Origin: Squalus acanthias
Taxonomy: Eukaryota
Length of the DNA: 64,000 bases
Assembly (NCBI GenBank): GCA_030390025.1
Contig: CM059448.1
Coordinates: 19,654,001 to 19,718,000 of the forward strand
Reading direction: 5' to 3'
In this document: one piece after another, positions 13,546 to 25,467 of the stretch
Layout of the letters: each line of letters starts with the position of its first letter
Numbering within the stretch: position 1 is the first letter of the stretch
Made by a program: the position numbers and the translations under genes
The notes under the pieces: generated by a model
What the model was told of the DNA's origin: nothing
Seen by the model: the letters and a program-made list of their open reading frames with translations, nothing else
Database searches by the model: none

Positions 13546-14305
13546 GGGCTGGATTTTGATACTGGGGCGGGTTGGGGTTGTGTCATCCGCATTTCGTGTT
13601 ATCCACCTGCCTGCAATTGGATGTGGGAGATTGATGCAATTTTCACTTAATTGGGCAATTGAGTTCCAGCATGTGGGAACCCATGAACCAATTAGTGGTT
13701 TCAGTCTGAAAGTCACCTCTGATGATGTCATCATTGCAGGTCAGAGACTGCCTGGTCTCAGAGATTGTCTGGCCTTTGCTGTGAGAGGACCTGGATGCAA
13801 AATGAGTAGCATCTCACAGAGAGAGAGAGAGAATTTTTTTTGCAACCAAGTCCTCCCAGGCAGTCTCTGAAGACATTCAATGCAGCAGCATCAGAGGCGA
13901 CTTTCAGACCTAATACTACTACTACCTTCATCACAATACTACTACTACCTTCATCACATCTCCGTTGTAATAGTGGACCTGCAGCTGATAGTCAGCTATC
14001 CACTTGTGCTCCCGCCAGGTTTCACTGGCATGTTTCACATCAGGCGTACTTCACGTTGGAAAAGGGTTAAACTAACTAAAATGTTTCAAAATGGCATTAC
14101 AGAGCCAATTTAGGGCTTGTTAAGGGCTTTAATGGCCTCTCCCGCCTCTTGGAGGTGGGACGGAGTCGGGAACCCCGCGACCGATATTGTCAAAATTGCG
14201 TGGAGGCGGAATGGAGTCGGGATGGGGTCGGGACCCCCGAATCTGCAACTTTAACCCCTCACACGCCTCCAAACCCGACTCCACGGGTCATTGAAAATCC
14301 AGCCC
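13546..14305 (+). mobile_element. Harbinger MITE family A, copy 2
   Basis: TIR gggctggatttt/aaaatccagccc, TSD AAA. Confidence 0.92.
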
Positions 14306-14309
14306 AAAG

Positions 14310-15272
14310 AGTAGGGATAATGGGTATGTTGACAGATTGGTAGGATGTGCCTATTGGAGCCCACACGGATCTGTACTGAGACTTAGCTTTTCATTATATT
14401 TATTAGTGACTTAGATGATGGAATAAAGAGCATGTATATTCAACACTAAGTTAGGTAGCAATGTATATGGGAGCAGAAAGTTACAAAGGGACATTGATAG
14501 ATTAAGTGAGTGGGGAAAAAACTGTTGGAAGATGGAGTTCAGTGTTGGGAAGTGTGAGGTCATTCACTCTGGACCTAAGAAAGATGGATCAGAGTATTTT
14601 CTAAATGGTGAGAAGCTAGGAACTGTGGAGGAGCAGAGAGGTTTAGGGGTCCAAGTACAGAAATCACTAAAAGTTAGTGGACTGGCGCAAAAAATAATTA
14701 AAAAGGCTAATGGAATGTTAGCCTTTATCTCAAGGGGGCTGGAATAAAAGGGGTGGAAGTTATGCTACAGTTGTATGAAGCTCTGGTTAGACTGCATCTG
14801 GAGTACTGTTCAGTCCTGGGCTCCGCACCTCAGGAAGGATTGGTGGGGGTGCAGTGCAGATTCACCAGAATGATACAAGGGCTGAAAGGGTTAAATTATG
14901 AGGACAGGTTGCATAGACAAGGCTTGTATTCCCTTGAGTGTAGACGATTAAGGGATGATCTAATTGAGGAGTTTAAGATGATTGAAGGATGTGATAGGAT
15001 AGATAGAGAGAAACTAATTCCTCTGATGGGGGAAGTCCAGAACAAGGGGGCATAACCTTAAAATTAGAGCTGGGCCGTTCAGGGGTGATGTGAGGAAGCA
15101 CTTCTTCACACAAAGGGTAGTGAAAATCTGGACACTCTCCCTCAAAAAGCTGGTCAATTGAAAAATTCAAAACTGATATTGATAGATTTTTGTTAGGTGA
15201 GGGTATTAAGGGATAAGGAGCGAAGGCGGGTAAATGGAGTTGAGGTACAGATCAGCCTTGATCCAGTTGAAT
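14310..15272 (+). mobile_element. Degenerate CR1 LINE 3' portion
   Basis: ORFs 14532-14747 (KCEVIH, KKANGMLAFI) and 14753-15055. Confidence 0.9.
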
Positions 15273-15600
15273 GGCTTAACAAGCCCTATTGAGGTAAAAT
15301 CACTTGGAGAGTGCGGGCTGGAGCAGGCAGCGGGCTGGGACCGCAACACCGACCCCGGCCGCCCCGGACCCACCTCGGTCGGTAAAATCGCGGCCTTAGG
15401 GTCTGCTCCACCTATCCAGCAGCTTGGCAAGATGGGGGATGGGGGCAGGAAAATCTGCTCCAATGGCCAGAAATGATGGCCGTGATTTCACCGACCGAGG
15501 TGGGTCCGGGCCGGCCGGGGTCGGTGTCGCGGTCCCAGCCCGCTGCCTGCTCCAGCCCGCACTCTCCAAGTGATTTTACCTCAATAAGGCTTGTAAAGCC
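15273..15600. repeat. Inverted repeat, 123-bp arms with 82-bp spacer
   Basis: 15273-15395 is the near-perfect reverse complement of 15478-15600. Confidence 0.95.
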
Positions 15601-17998
15601 CCGCCCTGCGAGGTTCCCGGCCAATTAAAAGGAAGCGGGTCTGATGACGTCATTTGATGACGCGTCATCAGCCGGTTTCCTTAAAGGGGCCATGGCCAAA
15701 TTGATTTTGACAGTTCTGTTGTCAGTGTTCTACAGCATTGAGGTGCTGCAAACACTGACAAGCACTGCACAAAGGTGCACAGCTGCACCCAGGCTCTCCC
15801 ATGACTCCCTCCATATGCTTATGGAGGGAGCCACAGCACGCAGGGAGGTTCTCTTCCCTTCCAATGGGTGGAAGACACCTCCCCAGGAGATCAATGCAGC
15901 CTGGTTGCACATTGCACAGGAGGGCACAAGCAGGGATGTTGTCAGGATGACCTGGCTGCAGTGGCGCAAACCTTTCAATGATCTCAGTAGATCACGAAAT
16001 GTTACTGCAAAGCCACACTCAACCTCATCCTGCTGTGCAGCTCATCACATCCCCATCACTCTGTCTTCCCTACCCTACTCCTGCATATCCTTACTCACAC
16101 CAACTTACCTTGCACCTCCAGCCATCCCTCTCAATCTACATTGGCCCAGAAATTAAACATCGATGGTTGCCGCGGGGGTAAGGATTCCCCGCGATATCGC
16201 ACTTCGGGCCCACACGAACTTCAGTTTGAGGGCCTCTCCCTGTTGCCAGCGTGCAGTGCTTGCGTGTCCCAGAGGCGCAATTAGTTCGTGCGAGCTCTGG
16301 GATCACGTGGGCCAGTTAGAGCCAATGGCAGCACACCATCTTTCATTCATAGTTTTGACAGCAAGGGCTGTCAAAGCTATGAATACAACAAGCCCCCAAA
16401 AGAACAGCTAAACGTCAATTAAATTTTTTTTAAAAGCCATCACATTAATAAAATAACTATAGTTAAATAAATTAACCACTTTAAACAAAAAATTACATTT
16501 TTGAAATTTTTTTAATTCTTTTTAAAAGTTATAAAAATAAACTTACCTTTCTTTAAAGTCTCTAAAAAAGATAAACCTGTTGAAAAAAAATTAAAATAAC
16601 ACTTAATTAACTACTTACCTTGTTAAAAGGGAGTCTTACGCCTGCTTTCTTTATGTGTAAAATCTTCACCACTTACCTGCGCGTTCAAACCTGAAAAAAA
16701 AACTAAGTGCACTGCACGCGGTTCACTTAGGAACCGCCCCCTTCGCCATACACAAAGTGCCGGTTTCCCGCGCATGCGCAGTGCCTGCAGGAAACCGGCA
16801 ATTCGGGACCTAATACGCGAGAGTACACAGTGCGTACTCTCGCGTATTAGGTCTAATTTTCGGGCCATTATCACTTCGCCATTTCACTAGCCACCCCTCA
16901 CACTCACCCTCATCCTACTGCAATCATACCAACTAACAACACACAAGGGTAGGCACTTAGGTGGTTTAGCCAATGTTTATGTGAAGTTTCTGGTAATGTG
17001 CTGTCAATCATTGAAACCTTTATTTTCAGCACTTTGCGTTCTTGGACAGATTTGTGTGCACCTTTGGAAGTGGCTTAGTGAGTTGTAGTGAATGGTGAGA
17101 CATAAGGGTACCCCCCCACCCCGCCCCACCCCGCAATGGTGATGAGTGTGAAAGGAATGGCTTGGGCATTGTAGGGATGCTTTATGGTGTTGGTGTGGGG
17201 TGGTGCCAACCTGGCGCATCATGTGGCATCCAGGGTGTACAGCATCAAGTGAAGTAAATCTGGCCATGATGAGGCCATCCTTGGCCTCCCGGGCAGCAAT
17301 GTGCTGGGGTGCTGATGCCCTGCGTCCTGTGCAGCATCAGTTGATTGCGGAGAAGGCTGGTGTTGTTGTTGTTGCTGCTGGTGTGCCCGGTGATGCTGGT
17401 GTTGGGGCTGATCTTGGTGGGATTCTGAGGACCAAGGTGAGATTTTTTCAAGGGCAATGATGCTGATGGAATAGATGGCAGGCGTGGTTGAGATGACAGA
17501 AGCGATCTGTCAATGGTGAGAGAGGTTGTTCCAATGAGGTGGCACTGGATAGAGAGTTGGCTCCAAACTTGCAAGCTGCAGAAAGCTCAATATGTCTTCC
17601 AAATGCAGTAACCAACAGTTTCTGAGCTTTGAAAGTGAACAGCTGCAACAATGAATCTTTTATACAACTTTGGCAGCTGTCAGGTCATAAGATAATTCAG
17701 TGCTGAATCCACTCATGACATGCTGAGCTGACGTGTTCCCTGAGTAGCGGGTAACCCATGGGGGAGCACGTAAAATTGAAATGTAGGCCTAAAGTAACAG
17801 TTAATTGGATGTTAACAACCCATTTAATGAAGTGAATTGCCTCCCCCGCCGTTTGGTGTCGGGTCTGTTCAGCGCCGACACCTGGGAGACTTGTGGAGAC
17901 GGGTTGACAGCGGATTCCCTACCCGCTGTCAATCTTTGCTATTTTGACAGCGGACCCGCCTCTGAACCTGCCCTCTGAGCGCCAGCAAAATTCAGCCC
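15478..17998 (+). mobile_element. Internally deleted Harbinger retaining Myb exon 1 (+) and transposase ends (-)
   Basis: Myb/SANT motif AAPRLS..RREVLFP..W..IA.E..TWLQWRKPFNDL near 15770-16000; 17245-17310 minus matches the transposase C-terminus at 28380-28433; ends ggccgtgatttc / aaaattcagccc. Confidence 0.85.
16143..16866 (+). mobile_element. Harbinger-type MITE family B nested in the deleted Harbinger
   Basis: TIR ggcccagaaatt / aattttcgggcc, TSD ATT. Confidence 0.9.
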
Positions 17999-20232
17999 AA
18001 TGTGTTTTGACTCTTCCAATACAGGCCCAAGTCTAAAATTCCTACTTTTATGGTAGCATATGTTCTGTACAAGGTCTGTTTTGATTATAATGTGAGTACT
18101 TCCCCAAAATAGCCCCTCTGTTACCCACAGACTGTTAATGTTGCCAAATGTCTGCATCTAATTCCTAAGTTCTTTGACTTTTTGCAATTGTCCGTTCCCT
18201 AAATTAATTTAGAATGGGAGACATTCAGCTCATCTCATTTCAATTAGGCCTTTCAAACTCAATGTTTGTCATGTTCCAAAACTTTTCTATTTCATCCCTA
18301 ACTAGAAATTCATCAACAGGTTTATGGTTTACTACAATTGGCTGTTGTTTATTCTGCAAGAACGCAGTGTAAAGCAATGACTCCTTAGCTTGCATTTAGG
18401 TTGTGATTTCTAAATCTTATAATCATACATTCCAGTTCTTTGCCTTTACATCCTCACATTAGCTTCTCAATTTCTAATGTGGCATTCTCAGGTTTCTACC
18501 CCCTTTTGCTCCCTGTAGCACATGGGAAATTAGCATTCCCCAGAGGTTACAGAGAGGCATATCGGGGCCCACATATGCAGGCTGTGGCCTTCTCCACATC
18601 AGCCATTAGCTGAAAGCACCTAGGCATATTCTTCAACGGTTATAGCAATTATTCAGGTTCCGAAAGCGGCCTTTAAGATCTCTGAGATCTGTATTTATGT
18701 GTTCATCCACTGAGCACGGACAGAACCTGAACGTGCAGGCAGCTGGTTTCTGCTCCTCCTGTTGCCCATTAGTTCGTCATGAATACTCTGGAAAGGATAT
18801 CCACTGAGCAGGTATAATAGAAGAAAGGATTTATCAGGGAGAAAAGCAGTTCAGAATGTCAGGAAAGCAGCTGTTGGTTGGCAGGTGAGATACAGCAGAA
18901 TCTTCTCTTGTGAAGCTTCTAAGACTTGTATGGATGGGCGGGCCCTGGTCATGTCAGTGATGTCGAAGATACTGCATTAAAATAAGGTTTCAATGGGTTC
19001 TCCTTCCTTGGTACACCATTGAGGTCTTTCAGTTTTTGTACTGCAGACAGGAACAATGCTGTTTGCATTGTGTCACCATCTCCCGTCGAGCATCCTCTCC
19101 AGCAGCAGCCACTAACTAGATGCACCGCTGACGGCCAGGAGTGCAGGTCTACAGCTGCGCTCGTGTTTCTCGCAAGGCCCAGCCACCTGGTGAGCCTATG
19201 CCGGGAGCGCACCTGTGCCATACAATTGGTTTAGGACCGGACGATCGTGGGATCCTCTCCTCAGGTACGCTGAGCCATTCGGGCACCCAGCAGGTGCCCA
19301 TTGTGGAAATTTCTTGCAAACTTCTTTCCAAATCCTCTCAGTGAAGATATGAAACCAGCTCCTCCCTACACCTTAGCACCTCCGCCCACGTTGCAACAGC
19401 GTAACTCAATGTGAGTATCATCACGGGAATTGTTTTACCAAATGAGTTGGTGTGTGTAATTCAGTGCTCAAATAGTTAATATGTGTTACACTGCATTAAA
19501 TGTCTCCACTGTAAGCTAATTTTTGAATTCCATTAATTTTTTTAATATCCATGAAAATCACAAAACCTTCAAAGCAAGGAAGCATTTTTCATCTGTGCAT
19601 AATTGTGCTTTACTCCATTTTAGAGGCCTGGAGGGCTACATGGAGCATTAAAAATCTGAACAGCAAAGTGATAATGTTCCTTACAGAAGTGAAGCAGAAA
19701 ATTGCTGAGTAGGTCAAATAATCCACATTTAAATCAATTTAACTGCAAAACAGTGCAGGTGCAATTAGACTATTAAGGAACCATGTAGAATTGCTCTGCA
19801 GGTCTTTGTTAAAGACAGCATGCAATTGGGTAAGCTGATTAGGATATGACTGCAGCATTAGCTGTGTAAAATCAGCAGGCACTGGGCTGTGAGAATAGCG
19901 CCGACTAGTTCTTTGACTTAAAAGTGTTCTCAGTAACAAATTTGATTATGCTCTTGCTATTGCTGTGGTGGTCTCAGTAATCAAGAGGCTGTGTTTTAAA
20001 TGTTTCTCATAGCAACCAGAATGCAGGTACATGCTCATTTAGCGAGGCTCTTTGCTGCTTATGCAAAATAATGAAATACTAAAGCACCATCTGTGTAGGC
20101 AGAAGCGCCATCAAACCACTGGTGCATGGAATGCAAAACTCACTGAAAATATTAAGATAATGGGTACTTGAATTATATAATAAAAGACACACTGTAGTCG
20201 CCTATTTACCAAAACAGCATCCATATCTACAA

Positions 20233-20670
20233 TAGCAAAATACTGCGGATGCTGGAAATCTGAAATAACAACAGAAAGTGCTGGAAACACACAGCAGGTC
20301 AGGCAGTGTTGAGGAGAGGAGAAACAGAGTCAACGTTTCGGGTCGAACCCTTCGTCAGAACTGGAAAAGGTTAGAGAGGAGAGATTTTTAAGCAGGGGCA
20401 GGGAGGAGGGGAGGAAAGAACAAAGGGAAGGTCTGTGATTGGATGGAAGGCAGGAGAGATTGAATGACAAAAGGGATGATGGAGTAAGGCAAAAGGTAAT
20501 GGGACAAGTTAAGAAACAAAAGATGGCTCTAGATGATGTGTGGTTGATGATGGCAGCAACATTAACAGCTACCATGTGAGGAAACCAGAGAAAAAAAAAG
20601 AAAGGGGCCAATTTATTGTCCGAAATTGATGAACTCAGTGTTAAGTCCAGAAGGCTGTAAAGTGCCTAAT
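20233..20670 (-). mobile_element. Penelope-like element 3' fragment
   Basis: Minus strand encodes LGTLQPSGLNTEF (GIY-YIG C-terminus) followed by the terminal repeat. Confidence 0.8.
20328..20362 (-). ncRNA. Minimal type I hammerhead ribozyme motif
   Basis: AGTT-CTGACGA-A-GGGT tcg ACCC-GAAA-CGTT-GACT. Confidence 0.75.
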
Positions 20671-21076
20671 AGCATCCACAACAATCCAGCTACCTATCAT
20701 ATATTAAAAACTATATGTTCATGTGCTTTTCCGATCCAATCTTACTTCCTGTCTCTCACGCTGTCACACTTCAAGCTTCTCATACTGTGTTACACTTGTA
20801 CTTCCGATGCTCAAATTTCATCTTCATAAACCATTAAAAAAATAACACAATTTAAGAAATTTACAATATACCAATCTAAATCTGAATGGAAATAACAAAT
20901 TAGGAACTAATAAGGGCATGGCAGCGTAGTGGTTATTTTACTGGACTAGTAATCCAGATAACATGAGTTCAAATCTAACTATGGTCATCTGAGAATTTTA
21001 GTTCAGTTTAATAAAAAGCTGGTATCAATAAAAAGTGACCATGAAGCTGTCGGATTGTTGTAAAAATCCAACTAGT

Positions 21077-21536
21077 TTACCAGAATGGTTCCGGGGATGG
21101 GGGATCTTAGCTACAAGGACAGGTTGGAGAAGCTGGATTTGTTTTCATCAGAGCAAAGGAGGTTGAGGGGTGATTTGATAGAGGTGTACAAGATTATGAC
21201 GGGTTTGGATAGGCTAGACGGGGAAAGGCTGTTCCCACTAGTTGACGGTACAAGGACTAGGGGACACAAGGTTTTGGGCAAGAGATACAGGGGGGATGTG
21301 AGGAAAAACTTTTTTACGCAGCGAGTGGTGATGACCTGGAATTCGTTGCTGACGGAGGTGGTGGAAGCGGAGACACTCAATGTTTTCAAGGGGAGACTGG
21401 ATAGGCACTTGAGGGAAATAAACTTGCAGGGCTACGGGGATAGAGCGGAGGAATGGGACTGACTGGATTGCTCTACAGAGAGCCGGCAGGGACTCGATGG
21501 GCCGAATGGCCTCCTTCTGTGCCGTTATGACTCAAT
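21077..21536 (+). mobile_element. CR1 LINE 3' fragment
   Basis: ORF 21085-21462 (EQRRLRGDLIEVYK, FFTQRVV); tatgactc tail resumes at 22426. Confidence 0.92.
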
Positions 21537-22425
21537 GGGGGAGAAATTCAGTATCGCCCCATTTGGGGCGCAATTATCGGCCGGGCGCAAAGATTAGCGC
21601 CTGGCGCTAATTATCGCCACCGACTGCAAACTTGACTTTTATCGCCCCTGGAGGTGATTGGCGCGCTAAATCAGGCGCTTCACACCTGTCTTAAGGCGCA
21701 AAGGCCGAGGAGCGAGGCGCTACCTCAGAGCGCTGGCGAAGCTCATGTAATGTCAGTCAACAATGGAACACACACACAATGACACGGGCCAGTTCTTAAA
21801 GGGGATGGTTAATCTTGCTTTCCATCCACATCCTGCTCATTGCAGCCTTGAATCTCGGCCTGGAGAGACCTGCACATCAAATCTGCTGGAAAGATCAATG
21901 GAGAGTACCAGGCAAAGAGCTCAGAGTGCAGCCCCCACAGTCTCTGCTAAATCGATACAAGGAATGGCAAATCAAAATGAACCTGCAAAGTGCTGCTTAG
22001 TACCCAAAACTCCTTCACACAACGTTGAATCTCTCCAGAAGTCTCTCTCTCGCTCAGAATGCGTAGTTCAAAAATGGCACCAACAATAAAAGGCAGGAAG
22101 CGGTCACCTTTAAATAGCGCTCCCCCTTTCCCTTCATGACTGCAGAACGCTCCCCTCAACCTGTCGTTGCTAGCGTCAGGCGGTAAGGCAGGGGGCGCCA
22201 CTCAATATCCGCTCCGGGGCGATACCGGGGCGTTGCACACTCGACTGACGTCACGATCTGCCGGCGCAGGAGATCGTGGCGGTAGTGTTTAGCGCCACCG
22301 CAAAATGTCTAGTTAATTTCGCGAGCGGCGCAAACTTCGCCGCGCCTGGTCGCTAGATGCTTTGCGCCCCATTAGCGCCCTCTTAAGGCGCTAACGGGAG
22401 GCGCAACCAACTGAATTTTTCCCCC
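21537..22425 (+). mobile_element. Harbinger MITE family C, copy 1
   Basis: TIR gggggagaaattcag / ctgaatttttccccc; TSD AAT/TAT; colinear with 34251-35106. Confidence 0.9.
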
Positions 22426-22490
22426 TATGACTCTAATGTCCTTTGGGGAAAGAAAGCTACCATCCTTACACGGTCTGGCCTATATGTAAT

Positions 22491-23085
22491 GAGTACCGGG
22501 GCAACAGGTGGTGCAGGGCTAAGAAGAGTAATGAGAGATATGAGTTCTTACCTTGGCAGCCCTTGTTCGATTAGTAAACTTCGTTCTGCATTGCAGTGAG
22601 GTCCTGGATTGACATACTCTGCCACCTCTGCCCACTGGTGCCGTGAAGCTTTCTTGGAGACCCTTCTGCTGTTGAGTGGAAAGAGGACCTCTCTCCTCCT
22701 GCTGACCACCTCCACCAACACCTCCGGAGCAGCATCGGAAAATAAGGGTGGGTGGGGCGGGGGGGAGGACACTTCCTGCATTATCATTATCTCTGCCAAC
22801 CATTTTGATTGTCCAATTGGAATTCAGTTAAATACAACCAAAGTGGAACTCTCCTTTTAAGAAGTGCGGGTTGCCTTTAAATGGCGTTAGTGACACCCAA
22901 TTTTCCACCACCCCAATTGGTGAGCTGCCAATGAACAGTGTGATTCATGCTGGGAGCTCGCCAATTTTAATCAAACGAGGCACAAGCACCAATATGACTT
23001 GTGCCTCTCGCACGTGGGCGGCCGCGAGGACCAATTGCTTTGCTCATTTCCTGACCAACTACAGGCCTTAACCAATTTCTCCCCC
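22491..23085 (-). pseudogene. Truncated Harbinger end with frameshifted Myb/SANT exon 1
   Basis: FSD..EVLVEVVSRRREVLFP...QWAEVAE / RTSLQCRTKFTN followed by donor AAG|GTAAGA at 22552; TIR gggggagaaattgg at 23085. Confidence 0.8.
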
Positions 23086-23309
23086 TTTGTTTCAACTTAT
23101 CCGGTGGAAACTCACTATAAGAAATGGTTTCCTTACAAACTGCTGATTGGATCAAACATTCGGCATTTCCCCGGTTGAAACGCTGGTACAGTCCGGAGAA
23201 GAATAAAATACTTTGCTATCGACTACCAGTAAAATACCAGTGAGAAGATGAATACCGTTTTAAGCTTTCCCCTCAAGAATTGTCATTCAGTGGCATGAGC
23301 ACACATAAT

Positions 23310-24073
23310 GGCCCTGAAATTCGCCTCTCCGGCTTGCCGCAGGGGTAAGGATCGCGCACGCACTTACCTACCGCGCCTGCCGTTGACCACTGGGCCCACA
23401 GGAACTTCAGCTCCTGGGCCTGCTCCAAGTGCCGGCGCGCAGTGCTTGCGTGTCCCAGGGGCGTAGTTAGTGCGATGCGTCCCCTGGGATCACGTGGGCC
23501 ATGGAGAGCCAATGGCAGCAGACCATCTTTCATTCATAGATTTGACAGGAGACCTGTCAAATCTATGAATTGAAATCGGCCCCAAAAGAACAGCTAAACT
23601 TAAAATAAATTTTTTTAAAACCATCACATTTATAAAATAACTATAAGTTAAATAAATTAACTACTTTAAACAAAAATTTAAATTTTTGAAAAAATTAAAA
23701 TACTTTTTAAGAGTGCTAAAAATAAACTTACCTTTCTTTAAAGTATCTAAAAAAGATAAAGCTGTTGAAAAAATGTTTAAATTATAATTAATTAACCACT
23801 TACCTTGTTGAAAACGGGTCCTGCGCCTCCTTTTTAAAAGCGCAGGTTCTTCAATATTTACCCTCCCGTAGAAACCTGAAAAAAAACCTAAGTTTGCTGC
23901 GTGCGCGCAGCCTCTACCGTGCACACGGTTCACCTCTGAACCCCTCCCTTCACCAGACCGGAAGTTCCAGTTTCCCGCGCATGCGCAGTGCATGCAGGAA
24001 ACCGGCACTTCAGGACGCCTTACGGGTGAGTACACAGTGCGTACTCACCCGGCAAGGGCCGAATTTTTGGCCC
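23310..24073 (+). mobile_element. Harbinger-type MITE family B
   Basis: TIR ggccctgaaattc / gaatttttggccc, TSD AAT. Confidence 0.9.
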
Positions 24074-24104
24074 AATGCTTTTTGGGGGCGATTAATCATT
24101 GTGT

Positions 24105-24255
24105 TTACAACAACAACAACAACAACTTGTATTTATATAGCGCCTTTAATGTAGTAAAACGTCCCACGGCGCTGCACAGGTGTATTTTAAGACAAAACAA
24201 AATTTGACACCGATCCACAGAAAGATAAATTAGGGCAGGTGACCAAAAGCTTACA
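24105..24255 (-). mobile_element. L2-like 3' tail with (CAA)n
   Basis: Reverse complement of the 43350-43480 tail. Confidence 0.7.
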
Positions 24256-25467
24256 AGGAGGACATACCATGAAAGAGATGTAAACAGTATGTGTAACTCT
24301 CTGCTCTTCAAAGGGTTGGTACTGTATGGGACATGTTTTATAATCTGATCATGCCTACAGCAACAGGATAAGTGAACATCTGCTATCGTAATAAGTATCT
24401 CAATAAAGGAAGATAATAAAAGCAAAAATGGGTCAATTATCCGAATGTTACAAAACCCTCCACAGAAGAAAATTGTCAGTCAGACATATATGGTTTGTTC
24501 ACGCCTATGGAGATTTATATTCTCCAATTTTTTAATGTTATATTATGGATTGTTTTTTTGACTGGGGGTAGGTGATGGTCATGAAACTGGGCTCGTGGTG
24601 CTTGATCTAAAATTCAGACTTTGAACATGCTGCGAGACTATAATTTTGGAGCATGGAGGATATTGAAAAGACAATAAATGCAGTGACAGCAGGATGATAA
24701 TTAGCTGAGGAAATTTAGAGAAGTCGTTAAATGGACTAAACTGTCCATTTAGCCAAAAATAAGGAATAGGAATGTAGCTCGAAGTGATGGATTACAGGGT
24801 GTAGAGAATGGATGTGGGCGTAGCGATCAAGGAAAGACTCTGAATATGTGCTTTATTTATTTTCCATTTGTGCGGAAGCTGATTCTCAGTGTGGTTTGCG
24901 TGTTGCTTGGTTTGACACTGTTTATCACAGTTTGAATTATTTAATCAAAATATACCAAATCTATGAAAATGAAAGAATGCTATTTGTGGAGCTGTGAATG
25001 ATATTGCTGGAGTTTATGCTTTTGGCTGTTTCCTAGTGTCACCTGCTGATAAAACCTTAGCAAGTGACATAACAAAAGTGCCCTTAGATACCCTGAACCA
25101 CTGCAACTTGGAAGATTCTCTCAATCAACTGGCAGTTACTGCCGATTCAAATAATAAGACGCCCATGGGCTGACACCTCACTGTGAGATAACAGTAATGG
25201 AGATGTTAACACTTTCATATAAAACCCTTCCACGTACCATGTTAACAAAGGAATTTCATCCCATTGTATTAACGTGTTCATTATTAATATTAGCCACCAT
25301 GGCCCCAGTATTGATGGGGGTTGTGGGGGTGGTGGCATAGAAGCTGGGTGACGCGGGTAAGGCGGAGACCCTGCCAAAGAGTTCACAGGTCGGGGGGGAT
25401 CGCAGGGGGTTTGAAGAGGCACTTTTCTTACTGGTCGGGAAACGATGAAACCCGTGCTGGAGACATT

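Larger units (their letters stand above)
20919..22490 (+). mobile_element. tRNA-headed SINE split by a CR1 and a MITE (parts 20919-21076 and 22433-22490)
   Basis: A-box-like tggcagcgtagtgg, B-box gagttcaaatc; body resumes at ctaatgtcctttgggg and matches 40096-40150. Confidence 0.65.

Noticed and set aside
21763-22089. Conserved small protein shared with 34437-34793
   Set aside because: Similarity is explained by two copies of the same MITE; only the short AAP motif is Myb-derived
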